A stretch of DNA of 63,096 bases, counting the filler, from an uncultured bacterium (GTDB taxonomy: Bacteria; Hinthialibacterota; Hinthialibacteria; Hinthialibacterales; Hinthialibacteraceae), in the NCBI GenBank assembly GCA_964449065.1. It is 7 parts of 7 records of this genome, joined end to end, with 100 filler letters (N's around TTAATTAATTAA, not from the genome) between each part and the next. Parts side by side here need not be neighbours in the genome. Positions count along the whole stretch, not along the records: positions 18,202 to 27,137 come from CAYVAZ010000209.1; positions 27,238 to 36,171 come from CAYVAZ010000210.1; 5 more parts are not named here. The stretch is one strand, 5' to 3'. The position numbers were made by a program, and so were the translations under genes. The notes under the pieces are model-generated. The model saw nothing but the letters and a program-made list of their open reading frames with translations. It made no database searches and was not told the origin of the DNA. Shown in pieces: positions 19,308 through 31,500 of the stretch (the first letter of the stretch is position 1; each line of letters starts with the position of its first letter).

Positions 19308-20996
19308 ATGGATCTTTGGGTTTTAGCGGGGATTTCAACCCTGCCGATTTTAACGGTGTGTGTATTGCTGGTGGGGCTGCGCTGGTCGGCGCGTGATTCG
19401 ATGATTGTGGCCTATTTGATCACGGTCGCGCTGGCGATGCTGGTTTGGGGGGTGCAGTTTCATACGGTTGCCGCCTCCACGGTGCAGGGCTTGGTGATCG
19501 CGATTGACATACTGCTGATTATCTTCGGCGCGCTGTTGATGCTGGAACTGCTGAAAGTCAGCGGGGCTATCCATTCCATTCGGGAAAAATTTAAAGAGAT
19601 CAATCCAGACCGGCGCGTGCAGGTGATTATTATCGCCTGGCTGTTTGGCGCGTTTATCGAAGGCGTGGCAGGCTTCGGCACCCCCGCCGCGGTTGCAGGG
19701 CCGATTTTGTTGGCGGTAGGATTCCCCCCGATGGCGGCGGCAACTTCCGCGTTGATCATTCAAAGCACTCCCGTCTCATTCGGGGCCACGGGAACGCCAA
19801 TATTGGTGGGCGTGCAAGGCGGTTTGGTTGCCGACAATTTCTTTGAATTTCTGCAAACCGAAGGGATCACGATCGAAGAATATATTTTTGCGGTCGGCGC
19901 CCGTGTGGGCATCCTGCATGGAATAATCGGCTCACTGATTCCCCTCATCGTCTGTGCTATCCTGACCCGCTTTTACGGCAAAAACCAATCGTGGAAAGAA
20001 GGCTTACAAGCTTATCCCTTCGCGTTGCTGGGCGGGCTGTGCTTTACCATCCCCTATATTATTGTCGCGAACACTTTGGGGCCGGAATTCCCTTCCGTCC
20101 TGGCAAGTTTGTTCGCGCTGGCGGTCGTGGTGTATTGCGCCAGCCACAACATTTTGACTCCGAAAACAATATGGGATTTCCCCAAGCGCGAAGACCAACC
20201 GCAAAGCTGGTGGGGTGAATTGGAACTTGAACATGAAGAACTGGATCAGAGCAAACACCCCGCCGCTTGGAAAGCCTGGGCCTGTTATATTGTCGTCGCG
20301 CTGCTTTTGGTCATCACCCGCTTGGAGTTTTTAGGCGTAAAAGGGCTCTTGCGTTCCGATATGCTGACGATTGCCTTTCCGGATCTGTTCGGCACGGAAA
20401 TCGATGTGAAATCCCAACCGCTATATTTACCCTTCGCCGTATTTATGGCGGCATCTGTTTTTGCACTGTTTATTTTACTCAATCCCTTCAAAAACCTGGG
20501 CTCCGCGTTCAGCAAATACGGCCACGCGGCCAAAGAATCGTTTATGGTGGTGATCAAAGCGGGTTCCGCGTTGATCGTGGCCGTCCCGATGGTGCGGGTG
20601 TTTATCAACAGCGGCTTCAATGTGAATGAGTATGACTCGATGCCGCTGATTGTTGCCGAGGCGGCCTCGCAAATTGCCGGGCAGGCCTGGCCATTTTTCT
20701 CTCCAATAATCGGCGCAATGGGCGCGTTTATTGCCGGAAGCAACACCATCAGCAACATGACCTTTTCGCTGTTTCAATGGGGAGTGGCGCAGAACTTAGG
20801 CCTATCCAGCGAATGGATTGTTGCCGCGCAAGCGGTCGGCGGGGCCGCCGGAAATATGATTTGCGTGCACAACGTGGTCGCGGCGGCCGCGGTGGTCGGC
20901 CTCTTCGGGCGCGAAGGCGAGTTGATACGAATCACCATCCGGCCGATGATTTATTATGTCTTGGCAGCTGGATTGATTGTATTTTGTGTTGCGTAA
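19308..20996 (+). CDS. lctP: L-lactate permease
   Basis: [51 protein letters not shown]. Many TM helices. Confidence 0.93.
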   Translation: MDLWVLAGISTLPILTVCVLLVGLRWSARDSMIVAYLITVALAMLVWGVQFHTVAASTVQGLVIAIDILLIIFGALLMLELLKVSGAIHSIREKFKEINPDRRVQVIIIAWLFGAFIEGVAGFGTPAAVAGPILLAVGFPPMAAATSALIIQSTPVSFGATGTPILVGVQGGLVADNFFEFLQTEGITIEEYIFAVGARVGILHGIIGSLIPLIVCAILTRFYGKNQSWKEGLQAYPFALLGGLCFTIPYIIVANTLGPEFPSVLASLFALAVVVYCASHNILTPKTIWDFPKREDQPQSWWGELELEHEELDQSKHPAAWKAWACYIVVALLLVITRLEFLGVKGLLRSDMLTIAFPDLFGTEIDVKSQPLYLPFAVFMAASVFALFILLNPFKNLGSAFSKYGHAAKESFMVVIKAGSALIVAVPMVRVFINSGFNVNEYDSMPLIVAEAASQIAGQAWPFFSPIIGAMGAFIAGSNTISNMTFSLFQWGVAQNLGLSSEWIVAAQAVGGAAGNMICVHNVVAAAAVVGLFGREGELIRITIRPMIYYVLAAGLIVFCVA

Positions 20997-21003
20997 GCCA
21001 TAA

Positions 21004-21085
21004 AAAAGAGGGGATGATCGTATCCCCTCTTTCCCTGTTGTTTCTAAAAACCGTAGGGTGGGCTCAAAGCGAAGCGTAGCCCACC
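21004..21085. terminator. Bidirectional terminator followed by a GTAG-type REP
   Basis: AAAGAGGGGAT..ATCCCCTCTTT hairpin. GTAGGGTGGGCT..AGCCCACC at 21053-21085. Confidence 0.7.
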
Positions 21086-21094
21086 ATGACCATC

Positions 21095-21883
21095 TTAGTG
21101 CAGTGACCACTCAGAAACATCACTGCCCTCGATGGTATCCACCCGGACATACGCAACGTGCGCCGCACCGGACCAAACACCGATTCGAATGCCCCCTTGC
21201 GGGAATTGCTGATCCTTATCTTCCGCTTCCAATATCCAATCCGGTTCCGGATCCCCGACCGTCCAATGCTTGGAACGTAGGGTAAATCCCTCCGCTTCCA
21301 ATACGGTCCAGTACCACACGTTGGCAACCGGGCGTGGAACTTCACTACGGGGAGCATGATCCAACGCGTTCCCGTCGTTATCCACCGCGGCGGCTCCACC
21401 CCGAATAAAGAGATGGTATGAAGTGGGGCCGTCTTCCGGCACTTCATTCGCGGAATCGTTGTCATCGCCGTCAACTTCTACTTCATAGCAACTTGCGGGA
21501 AAATCTGTTTCGGGATCATATTCTTGGCAGCGAATCCCCACATGAAAATCCGCGTCATTGGCTTCCCCATCTACCAGGCGGTCCGTCCAAAGAACGGTTA
21601 CCCGGTAATCGGAGAGTTGCTTGATCTCTTCCACTTCCAAACCGATGTGCGAAGTGCCGCCTGTGTCTCCACCCAGCGCCAACACACCGGGGCCATTTTC
21701 CGGGACATCATCGGCTTCGGTGACAAAGGTATTTAAATCCAGCCACCACTGCCAATTGAGGGCGTCAAACCCGTCCGCATTGTCTCCCATAAAATCATCT
21801 TCAAAGATCATTTCACTTTGGGCCGGCGATCCAAACAACAATCCCGCTACAAAAATACTGGTTAATACACCTACACGTCTCAT
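21095..21883 (-). CDS. Secreted acidic beta-sandwich (lectin/DUF1080-like) protein
   Basis: GGAGG RBS before ATG 21883. Signal peptide ending AQS. IFEDDF..., C-terminal GGIRIG....H...VRV. Confidence 0.7.
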   Translation of the reverse strand: MRRVGVLTSIFVAGLLFGSPAQSEMIFEDDFMGDNADGFDALNWQWWLDLNTFVTEADDVPENGPGVLALGGDTGGTSHIGLEVEEIKQLSDYRVTVLWTDRLVDGEANDADFHVGIRCQEYDPETDFPASCYEVEVDGDDNDSANEVPEDGPTSYHLFIRGGAAAVDNDGNALDHAPRSEVPRPVANVWYWTVLEAEGFTLRSKHWTVGDPEPDWILEAEDKDQQFPQGGIRIGVWSGAAHVAYVRVDTIEGSDVSEWSLH

Positions 21884-22151
21884 ATACTTTCCTCCAAAAT
21901 AGAAATATAGTTTCGGTACACCTAAGCATAAATCTAATAAATTGTAAACAGTACAAACAAAGTACAAATAGTAAGAGTTGCTCTTTTACAAATAACAAAA
22001 TTCAAGTATTTTGTTCTTATACCATCTTTATTTCGGATTGTTCACAAAGAATACTGCTGTGTCTTTCTTTCGTTGAGGCTTGTCGCCGCGCTTACTCTAC
22101 AATCCAAAATAAAAACGGCATATGGATGTTTAAATTCTGTTCATAAAGGTT

Positions 22152-23027
22152 TTGATTATGCCAAAACGTGCCCCTGTCATTATTTCGACTTGGAATTTTG
22201 GATTAAAAGCAAACGATGCCGGTTGGAAGGTGATGACCACCGACGGCAACGCGCTGGATGCCGTGGAAGTGGCCGCCCGCGTGACCGAGAATGATCCTAC
22301 AAACACCAGCGTCGGCTTTGGCGGTTTTCCCAATGAAGACGGCGTTGTTCAGCTGGATGCCGCCATGATTGACGGCAAAACCGGCCACATGGGTGCCGTT
22401 GGAGCATTGGAGAACATCAAAAACCCGTCATCCGTCGCGCGTAAAATCCTGGAAGAAAACAAACACATTTACCTGATGGGGGATGGAGCAAAAACCTTCG
22501 CCCTCAAACACGGATTCAAGGAAGAAACCCTCCACACCCCCAACAGTCTGCAATGGTACGCCAAGCAACTGCAAGAACGGCGAGAGGATGGGCACGACAC
22601 CATCGGCATCATCGCGCTGGATCAACAGGATGACATGGCGGTATGCTGCACCACCAGCGGCCTCGGTATGAAATGGCCCGGCCGGGTAGGTGATTCACCC
22701 ATGATCGGCGCGGGTTTGTATTTGGATAAAACCGTCGGTGCCGCCACCGGCACGGGAGTGGGCGAACGCGCCATCGAAGTCTGTGCCGCCTTCGCCATCG
22801 TCGAATTCATGCGCCAGGGAGATTCGCCCCAAACCGCCTGCGAAAAACTCATCAAACGCGTGGTGGAACGCAACCAGCCCAACCCGGACTTTCAACTCGG
22901 CTTCATCGCCATGAACATCAACGGCGAAACCGGTGCCGCCGGGATGAAACAAGGCTTCGAATACGCCGAAATGGCGGATGGGGAAAACAAAGTGCATCCC
23001 GCAAGCGTTGCAGGCAAAGACTTTTAA
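22152..23027 (+). CDS. N(4)-(beta-N-acetylglucosaminyl)-L-asparaginase (glycosylasparaginase)
   Basis: ISTWNFG, SVGFGGFP, autocleavage site GHD/TIG, TTSGL..K.PGRVGDSP. Confidence 0.92.
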   Translation: MIMPKRAPVIISTWNFGLKANDAGWKVMTTDGNALDAVEVAARVTENDPTNTSVGFGGFPNEDGVVQLDAAMIDGKTGHMGAVGALENIKNPSSVARKILEENKHIYLMGDGAKTFALKHGFKEETLHTPNSLQWYAKQLQERREDGHDTIGIIALDQQDDMAVCCTTSGLGMKWPGRVGDSPMIGAGLYLDKTVGAATGTGVGERAIEVCAAFAIVEFMRQGDSPQTACEKLIKRVVERNQPNPDFQLGFIAMNINGETGAAGMKQGFEYAEMADGENKVHPASVAGKDF

Positions 23028-23145
23028 AAGCACAAATAGGCGTTTAAATTTAGAGAAAAAGTGGTTGGTATTTCCAATAAAATCGTTTAGACTGTGTGTG
23101 TTGAGCAAACCGGTTTGTTTGCGATTGTATTGTGGGGACAGTGAC

Positions 23146-23556
23146 ATGAATAAAATAGGAATCTCATCAGCAGAAGAACAAGTCAACGGATTGGCGGTCA
23201 CAACCATCAATGTCGAGGGGTTTTTGGATTCCAGCACCTTTCCGGAACTGCAAGAGCATCTCGAAGAACTCATCCATAAAGAAAACTACCGCATTATCGT
23301 CGATCTTGGTAAGCTGGATTATATCAGCAGCGCGGGCATTGGTGTATTGATGGGCATGTTGCAGGAAGTTCGGGGAAACGATGGGGATTTAAAACTGATC
23401 AATATGTCATCCAAAATCCGCAACTTGTTTGACATGCTGGGGTTTTCCCAAATCATCCGCATTTACGACCACGCCGCCGCCGCCAAAGATGCCTTTATCC
23501 AAGAATTCAGCCAAACCGGCCCCACAAAGCAAATCCCGGCGGAAGAGGATTACTAA
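23146..23556 (+). CDS. STAS domain anti-sigma factor antagonist (RsbV-like)
   Basis: EGFLD..T, IIVDL..LDYISSAGIGVL. Confidence 0.9.
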   Translation: MNKIGISSAEEQVNGLAVTTINVEGFLDSSTFPELQEHLEELIHKENYRIIVDLGKLDYISSAGIGVLMGMLQEVRGNDGDLKLINMSSKIRNLFDMLGFSQIIRIYDHAAAAKDAFIQEFSQTGPTKQIPAEEDY

Positions 23557-23599
23557 TCCAACCCCGCCGTATCGATAGTCGTACGACGGAGACATTCGG

Positions 23600-24043
23600 A
23601 TGCCCTGTAACACAGAACGCATACCCGACATCGCTCTGGAAATTGTGCCCAAATCAAATTATTTGGTGCTTCTGCGGCATTTAATGAAATGCTTGGCGCA
23701 CGAACTTCGGTTAACGGATGAAGATGCCGGCCAATTGGAAATGTGCGTGGATGAAGCCTGCGCCAATTCCGTGGAAGCCATGAACAAGCATGGGATATTA
23801 CACCCAGTGCGTCTGGAAATTGAAATGGAAGATCATTGCGTACGTTTTACGATATGCGACAACGGGTTGGATTATTCCCACCACTTCCACCAGGCCAAAC
23901 CCATGACCGAAGAAGCCGACCGCTCCAAACGAAGAGGCTACGGCCTACGTATCATCAAAACTTTGATGGATGAAGTTGATTACTTCCACGACCCGCAAAC
24001 CGGAAACCGCCTCTATTTGGTCAAATATCTTACAAAGAAATAG
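23600..24043 (+). CDS. Anti-sigma factor Ser/Thr kinase (RsbW-like, HATPase_c_2)
   Basis: VDEACANS, DNG, RGYGLRIIKTLMDEV. Confidence 0.9.
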   Translation: MPCNTERIPDIALEIVPKSNYLVLLRHLMKCLAHELRLTDEDAGQLEMCVDEACANSVEAMNKHGILHPVRLEIEMEDHCVRFTICDNGLDYSHHFHQAKPMTEEADRSKRRGYGLRIIKTLMDEVDYFHDPQTGNRLYLVKYLTKK

Positions 24044-24045
24044 CG

Positions 24046-24699
24046 ATGCAAAAGCCGTTTATCCTTGCCATCGCTGGCGGCAGCGCCAGCGGAAAATCTA
24101 CCCTGGTTTCATCCCTTCAACTACAGTTGCCCCAACCCAGTACACACTTGCCTATAGACCGCTATTATTTTGATTTATCTCACCTTACAGCGGAAGAGCG
24201 GGCTAAAACCAATTTTGACATTCCAGAGGCGCTTGACATCGATTTATTTGTAAACCACTTAACCGAATTATCCCATGGCAAACGTGTAAGCGCCCCCGTC
24301 TATGATTTCGCCACCCATACACGGCAGGGGTATGAAATGATTTCCCCCAATCCCATCATCTTAACCGACGGAATCCTGCTGTTGGCCATTGATACAATTC
24401 GCCAAGCAATAGACTACAGCGTTTTTTTAGACGTTCCTGAAGATGTTCGACTGCAAAGAAAAATTCACCGGGATGTATCGGAAAGAGACCGTACCGAGGC
24501 CTACGCCAGGAAGCAGTTTGACAAAACAGTGAAACCGGTGCACGATGAATTGGTGGTGCCCTCGATGCGGCATGCGGATTTGGTGCTGGATGGGCGGAAG
24601 ACAACAACAGAATTAACGGAACAATTGCGTGCTCACGTCGCCGCCGCACTCGCGGATAACAGCTCATCTAACGATGAAACCGATTCGATATGTTTTTGA
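24046..24699 (+). CDS. udk: Uridine kinase
   Basis: IAGGSASGKST, DRYY.DLSHL, NFD.PEALD, PVYDFATHTR, RDV.ER.R. Confidence 0.9.
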   Translation: MQKPFILAIAGGSASGKSTLVSSLQLQLPQPSTHLPIDRYYFDLSHLTAEERAKTNFDIPEALDIDLFVNHLTELSHGKRVSAPVYDFATHTRQGYEMISPNPIILTDGILLLAIDTIRQAIDYSVFLDVPEDVRLQRKIHRDVSERDRTEAYARKQFDKTVKPVHDELVVPSMRHADLVLDGRKTTTELTEQLRAHVAAALADNSSSNDETDSICF

Positions 24700-25256
24700 A
24701 ACTGAATCGATACCGGATGAGCCTCGCGACCCTTGCTGGTGCTGATGGTGTGGCGCAAATCCGTAACCTCACGAAGTCCTTTCAGCGGGTCTTCCATCGC
24801 CGTTTGCAGATACTCTTCCCGGTGCTCGATAAACGTTCTGCCCGGCTCCAAAATATCCGCCAAATACACGATCCACCCGATCGGTGTCTGGTCGGGATGC
24901 CCGGTTGAGTGATACGCCACCGCCAGCAAAATTTCCGGATCGGTAATGTGATATTCCTGCTGCAAAATGATGGTGCCTACCGTGGCATGTACCAACCCGG
25001 GTGTATCCAGCAGTTCCATCCCATACGGGGCCGGCCCTTTTGCCAGCCACTCGTCCTGTTTGGCAGGCGGGTTCTCTTTCGCGCAATCATGAAAGAGCGA
25101 GGCCCACGCCAGGGCTGCGCGCTTCTCATCCGGCAGGTTCCATGCGTTGAACAAGCGAAAACCGGTTTCCATCACCCGTTCGGAGTGTTGAAAGCGTTTT
25201 TCGGATAACACGTTTTTTAAGCAGGCAACGGCCTCTTGCGGCAGCAAATCAATCAT
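24633..25256 (-). CDS. yqeK: HD-domain Ap4A hydrolase (YqeK)
   Basis: KRFQHS.RV, LFHDCAKE, H..VG, YHSTG, YLADILEPGR. Confidence 0.88.
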   Translation of the reverse strand: MIDLLPQEAVACLKNVLSEKRFQHSERVMETGFRLFNAWNLPDEKRAALAWASLFHDCAKENPPAKQDEWLAKGPAPYGMELLDTPGLVHATVGTIILQQEYHITDPEILLAVAYHSTGHPDQTPIGWIVYLADILEPGRTFIEHREEYLQTAMEDPLKGLREVTDLRHTISTSKGREAHPVSIQFQKHIESVSSLDELLSASAAAT

Positions 25257-27137
25257 GGAACTTTACTCTCGGCCTCTTGAATTTTTTCTTGTAAACGTTG
25301 GAGCTTCTCCGGCGAAAACTCTCCGGGATACCCCTCATGGTTTTCGCGGGCAAATTCCCATTGCGTCAGGGCGTCTTGCCAACGGTTTAGTTTCGCGTAA
25401 ACATCGCCCAAGTGCAGTTGAATCACCGGATGATTTTCCTCTAATTTTACCGCTTTTTCCAGCATCGTAAGGGCATCCTCATAGCGTTCCAAGCGGTAAT
25501 ACACCCACCCCATGCTGTCCAAAATGTTGGGGTCATCCGGCGCCAGCTTTAACGCCTTCTCAATCAGGGACAATGCCCGGTCCAAATGAATATCGCGGTC
25601 GGCATACATGTATCCCAAATAATTATAAACGTTGGCTTCGTTGGGGTAGTGCCGTTCCGCTTCTTCCAGCAATTGCTCCACATCGGCAACCCGGTCCAGC
25701 TGGTCATACGCCCACACCAATTGAAACATCACGTTTTTGTGATCATCCGTACCCGGCTGCAAAATCTGGAGCGCTTTTTCATAAGCGGCGGCCGCCGTGT
25801 TCCAATCCAGACGGTCGATTGCCAAAGCACCCCGTGTACGGTCTGCAATCGATAGCGATGGATACATGGCCGCACTGTTCTGCAATGTCCCACTCAACGC
25901 CGAATAAAACGGCTCCTGCGCGAAGGCTTTGCGCACCACCGGCCAGTTTAACAACTCAAAGCAAATCCGTTCGATTTCTTCTATATTCTGATTGGATATG
26001 GCTTGCTTTAAATCTTGAATGATTTGTTGTTGATGCTGCTCTTGCTTTCCCTGCCGGTCAGCCCATTGATAAAAATAAACCAGAGCGAATTGGGTACGAA
26101 TGGGGTCCGGGTCCATCGCTTCACACCGCTGCATGAGCGTTTGCAGCGCCGTGATTTGCCCATGTTTCTTCATCGCGTTCAGCGAATCGTCATGCAGCAA
26201 AATTCCCAGCATCTGATTGATGCCGCTATAATTTCGTTCTTCCACAAACCGCGACAGCGCGTCAATGTAGGCTTGATAGGCTTTCTTTTCTTCTCCAAAA
26301 TCATCCAACAATTCAAATCGCAATTCATGCAGCAAGATGAGACCGGGCTTTTGCTGGATCAAATCTTCGACTTCTTGCAGGGCGTTTTGTTTCTTGTTTT
26401 GTTGGGCATACAAACGAATCAGCGCTTTGCGTGATTCCATATCGTCCGGGGCAAGTTCCTTTAGTTTTTCATATTGAAAGACGGCCTCGGTATACGAGTC
26501 CCGAAGGCGGTAAATCCCGCCCAACTTTTTCCGGACCGTCTTTTCATTGTCCGTAGAATGAATATGGTTTAACGCGGTCAAATACGCGTTAATCGCCTCG
26601 TCATACCGTCCTAATTCTTGATAAATGCTGCCCAGCTTCAACTGAATATCAAACGATTCCGGCATTTCTTCCGCGAGTTGTTGATATTCCGAAAGCGCTT
26701 CGCCATACCGCTGCATGTTATACAGCAGATAGGCCAGCTGCATCCGAAAAATCATGGATTGCTGCGGATCTTGGTTTACAATTTTCCGAAAAAGGGGGAT
26801 GGCTTCATCAAACCGTTTTTCATTGACATACATATTCGCCAACCGGTTGAGATGCTGCAGCGAATCCGGTTGCAACCGTAAAATTTTTTCGTATTGCGCG
26901 ATCGCGTTTTCCGTTTCATTCAGGGCGGCAAAACACGCAGCCAAAACCTCGTATCCTTCGATGTGTTCCGGGTCCAGCTGGATGGATTGTTTTGCCAACT
27001 GAAGCGCCCGTTCCACATAGCCGCTTTGCAGCAGCGCCTCCGCTGCACTGGAACAAATGCGGGCCGAATTTGGATAGACATTGTAGGCATCGATAAACGC
27101 GTTGGCCGCCTTGTCATAATACCCCTCATGCATGAGT
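25253..27137 (-). CDS. Tetratricopeptide repeat protein (5' truncated by contig edge)
   Basis: Many TPRs. C-terminal NYLGYMYAD..DSMGWVYYR..HLGDVY signature. Confidence 0.88.
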
Positions 27138-27237
27138 NNNNNNNNNNNNNNNNNNNNNNNNNNNNNNNNNNNNNNNNNNNNTTAATTAATTAANNNNNNN
27201 NNNNNNNNNNNNNNNNNNNNNNNNNNNNNNNNNNNNN

Positions 27238-27975
27238 GGCGGCTTTGGCGGCGCGGCAGGCGGCCAAGGGTTGGTTACCGTAAAATACGGGGAAAAAATA
27301 TACGGGGCATTGTATAAAGATTTAATCCGTTACAATGTTCACTTTATTCAGGTACCAGCTGACACGATCGGTGTTCATTATTTTGATGATGGGACTCATG
27401 GGGACGAAGTGGCATACGATGGTATTCCCAGCAATATCGTAATCAAAGAAGATGAGTTTTTTGGGCCGTTTACCATCATATACAAACAGCGTATTGAAAA
27501 GGCGGTAGAAATCGCGCAAGAGATGGGCGCGCATAAGTTTTTCAGTGTGTTTGCCACATCCGAACAAGCGGATTCCAGCGTTCCTACGACCGATCAGTTT
27601 CAGCAGCAATTTGAAGATGCCTTTGCGAACGCGAAGTCGTTTTTGGATACCTATGAATCCATTTTGGCCGTCAATCCTGACGCGGAAAAATATGTGAAAT
27701 CGGTTGATCCAGCACTCATTGAGTCGCTGGAAGGCGCCGGGGCATTGGGCGGTGCTGGTGCGGGTATTGGCGGCGGCAGCATTATCCTGCCGGATTTGCC
27801 TCCGCCTCCGGGATTGCCGGAACCCAATATTCGTCAAGGTCTACAGGTTGATCAAAATACGAATCTGGAGACAGCGGAGACTCCACAGCAAACGGGTGGT
27901 GGAGGCCCAGCTGGAAGTTTTGCTTTAGATCGCGCCAATGCAACGGTTGATGGATTAAATGCTTTGAACCAATAA
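27238..27975 (+). CDS. Choice-of-anchor X-like domain protein (5' truncated)
   Basis: Frame is open from the contig edge. FDDGTHGDEVAYDGI motif. Gly/Pro-rich tail. Confidence 0.65.
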   Translation, partial: GGFGGAAGGQGLVTVKYGEKIYGALYKDLIRYNVHFIQVPADTIGVHYFDDGTHGDEVAYDGIPSNIVIKEDEFFGPFTIIYKQRIEKAVEIAQEMGAHKFFSVFATSEQADSSVPTTDQFQQQFEDAFANAKSFLDTYESILAVNPDAEKYVKSVDPALIESLEGAGALGGAGAGIGGGSIILPDLPPPPGLPEPNIRQGLQVDQNTNLETAETPQQTGGGGPAGSFALDRANATVDGLNALNQ

Positions 27976-28067
27976 AAGCAGATTATTGATTCAATAAATT
28001 GTCATTGAAAATTTTATGAATTGGGAATGGCACACGTTTTCAATTTAACATGTATGGATAATAGCGA

Positions 28068-28463
28068 ATGGCCAGTTGGAACCAAAAAGAAAAAGAAGAA
28101 ATCGAATACCGAATACAGATCATTAAGCAATTTTTAGAGCTTTGGAGCCGTTATGACGCGTTGTTCGATTCGGCGTTTCATGATAAAGATCCTCATGAGG
28201 AATCGGAAGCGGAATTTTTGAAGCTCAAATCCAATTTGGCACGCCGTCATCAATATTTGATGGATTATTTGGGTAAGGAATATCAGAAGCCGGAATCTAT
28301 CACCCCTTATTTATCGGATACGGTTACGCTGCAGTCGATGGTGAATATTACCTTTGACTTCTTTAAGAAACTCAAATTGCAATGGCATGCCACAACACTT
28401 CACTTAAACGAAGCGTTGGGGATTTTAGCGACCCATTTGGAATTGGAAAAACCATTGGAATAA
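28068..28463 (+). CDS. Hypothetical helical protein, paralog of 32377-32787
   Basis: Shared pattern LW.+Y..LFD.A......E...EF.KL....+RR.Q+L ... WH.....LN...G.L. Confidence 0.75.
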   Translation: MASWNQKEKEEIEYRIQIIKQFLELWSRYDALFDSAFHDKDPHEESEAEFLKLKSNLARRHQYLMDYLGKEYQKPESITPYLSDTVTLQSMVNITFDFFKKLKLQWHATTLHLNEALGILATHLELEKPLE

Positions 28464-28577
28464 AGAATGGGATTAAAACGGATGGCTCTTAAAGCATTCC
28501 GTATATCGATATAGTATGTTCTATCCTATCAACCGATGCTAAAAACCGGTTGAATTTGCAGTAAGGAGCTTGGTTTC

Positions 28578-31500
28578 ATGAACTCAAAACGATTTTTTGC
28601 ACAAATATTTGTGATTATGCTTTTTCCGTTGTTGTTGACGGTTGGTTGTGCCCAACGCGAGGCCCAAAAAGCACTGACAGAAGCGCAGCAGGCTCAAGAA
28701 GAGGCGCAGGGCGCGGGTGCCCCTGGTTATGTACCGCAAATGTATACCACAGCGCAAAACATGCTGAGTCAAGCGCAGAGCCAGTTTGACAATGGGGATT
28801 ATGAATTGGCGATCGAGACCGCCAATACGGCTCAGTCGCGGTTTGTGAATGCCAAAGAGCAAGTCCCCCGTGTCAAACAGCGGGTAGATGCCCAGTTGGC
28901 GGATATTGAGACAGCCCTCTCCGAAGCCGAGGCCAATATGCAGCAAGCCAGAACGGTGGCGCAGGGTATACTGACACCTGCCGAGTTGGAGTCTGGAGAA
29001 ACGCTTGTATCTGAGTTGCGCAACGAATATGAGTCTACCGTTAGCCGTGAAGTGGATGAAGAACAGCTCAACGCCTTTTTGCAGCGTGCGCAAGATGCCG
29101 TCCAAGAAACTCAATCACTGGTTAATGCCCCTCTCAAACCGGATGCTTCGGCGGCCAAACAAGAATTGGAAGATATGATGGAGCAAGCGCGTGAGTTGAA
29201 AGCGGATATCCATGCACCAGACCGCTTTGCGCAAGTGCAGCAGCAAATGACCCAATTGGACGCGTTGGAACGGGACGGAAAATGGCAGGGAATGATCGAA
29301 TTGGCTGATCAGATTCGCGAGCCGCTGAATGAAATCATTACCGTGGCCCAAGAAAAAGCCGCGGGCGATATATTGAACGATCTCATGGCGCAAATCAATC
29401 AAGCCAAAGCTATGAATGTGGCAAATGTTGCCGAGTTTACCAGCAACCTACAGCAATCAGAGACGGCATGGAGCGAGGGACAAACCGCATTGCAAGAAGA
29501 AAATTACTCTTTGGCGATTGCCGCCGCTGAAGATGCCAAAGCGGCACTGGACCGCGCCGACCAAGCGTTGGGAACGGCCGCGCAGAATTTGATCCAAACC
29601 GCCGAATCCAACTTGCAGGCCGCATTGGCACTGGAGGCGGAACGCTACGCACCGCAAGTGGTATCGCAAATCCGGGACGCGGCAGCCAACGCGCAGGAAC
29701 AAATAGCGGAAGGGAACAACTCATCCGCATACTCTAGCGCGCAACGCGCGGCTCAAGTCAGCGAAGGCGCGTCCGAAGCAGCCCGCCGTGGCAAAGCGCA
29801 ATTGTCTTTGAATAAAGTGGAACAGCCGTTTTCCGTGCTTCATTCGCAGGGCGGATCCAAGTATGCCCCTCAAGCTTATCAATCGGCTTTATCCGCGATA
29901 CAGCGCCTGCGCAACTTGATGAGCGCCGGAGATTATGAACAAGTTGTTGCCGGAGAGAGCGAAGCGCTGCAAACCGTGCAAGACAGTTTGGCCGAATTGG
30001 CGAAATCGGCAGCCCGGTTTATCGAACGTGCCGACCAAGCGATTGAGGCATCGGAATACGCGAATGCCCCGGATGTGGTATCCATGATGCATGCGAACGC
30101 GGTGAACTTGCGTTCTGCGGCGGAAAAAGAATTGGAAAACGAGAAATATTTGAACGCCATTCAAAAAGCGGAAGGTGCGATAGAAGCGGCCAAAAACGCC
30201 GAAAACCGGGCCTATCAATTGCGGGCGGAGCAAAATATCCGTGAAGGGGACCGTTTGATTTCTTTGGCTGAGCAAGCCGGGCAAAAAGCCTTAAGTCCGC
30301 TGGCATACCGCAATGCTGTGGAGGCAAAAGACGAAACGCAGCAAATGATTGCACGTCGTGAATATCAAGACGCGTTTGAACGTTCTGAAGAAGCAAAAGA
30401 ATTGGCGGATCAGGCTTTGAACAATTTGGTATACCAGGCACAAAACCAAGTGGATGATGCCTTAACCGCCAAAGCGATGACATACGCGAAACCGGAAATT
30501 ACCCAAGCGTTAACCCAGTTGAAAACGGCGGAAGAAGCACAAAACGAAAAACGCTATTCCATTGCCAATGAAAAAGCACAACAGGCGTACGATGCGGCGT
30601 CCAGAGCGGAACACTTCACGTATCAACAACGCAGTTATGCTTTGCTGCAAAAATTAAGCGATCTAAAAATGGTTTTGGAGCAAGATTTGGTGGATGTTTA
30701 CACCCCGGCTTTGTATCAAAGGGCATTGAATCATCTGGCGGAAGCCAAGGTGGAGCAAATTGAAGAAAATTATGAAGAGTCGTTCTATCATGCGGATGCA
30801 GCCGAAGAAACCGCACGATTGGCTTATCAAACCAAGTTGGATGCTTTTGATAAAACCATCGCCAACTTGCAAGGCACGGCCAATTGGCTTGGAGAGCATG
30901 CTTTGGATGAAAGCGGCAGGTCGATTAAAATGAACCTGTTGGATGCCATCACCGAGTTCAAACGGCAAATCGCGTTGGAAAACTACGCGCAAGCTCATCA
31001 AGCAGAAGCGATGGCTATCCAAGTTGCGGAAGAAACTTCCATGCAACTAGCCAATTTGAACCGCCGTATTTTAACCGGGCGTTTAAAAGAGCAATTGGCC
31101 GAATACGAAAAGCAGCACGCATTGGCAATCGTTCCGGAAAAACAAGAATTTTTCCAAGATACATTTGCCAAACTGCAAGAACCTGTATCCGGTAATCAAT
31201 ATAACGAATTGAAGAGCCAATACGATGAAGCGGTGGAAACGGTCAACAATTTGCCGACGGACATTGAAACGATGGCCAATCAGCGAACCGATGAAATTGC
31301 GTTGATCTTTCAGCAAGTCGATGATATTGTCCAACAGCAACGAGAATTGCAACACCAAGCGGAACTGCCTCCCATTAACTTCTACGCGGATTGGACGCGT
31401 GAATTGCGTACGGATTTGCAGTGGGTTCGGAACTCGCTGGAAGGCGGGGATTATGCCGAGATATCCGCTCGTTTAACGAAACTGGAAGAAGAAACCAATG

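Noticed and set aside
24633..24699. 67-bp convergent overlap of udk and yqeK
   Set aside because: Unconserved-looking tails; a common situation.
28029..28043. TGGCAC as a sigma54 promoter
   Set aside because: No acceptable -12 element at the required spacing.
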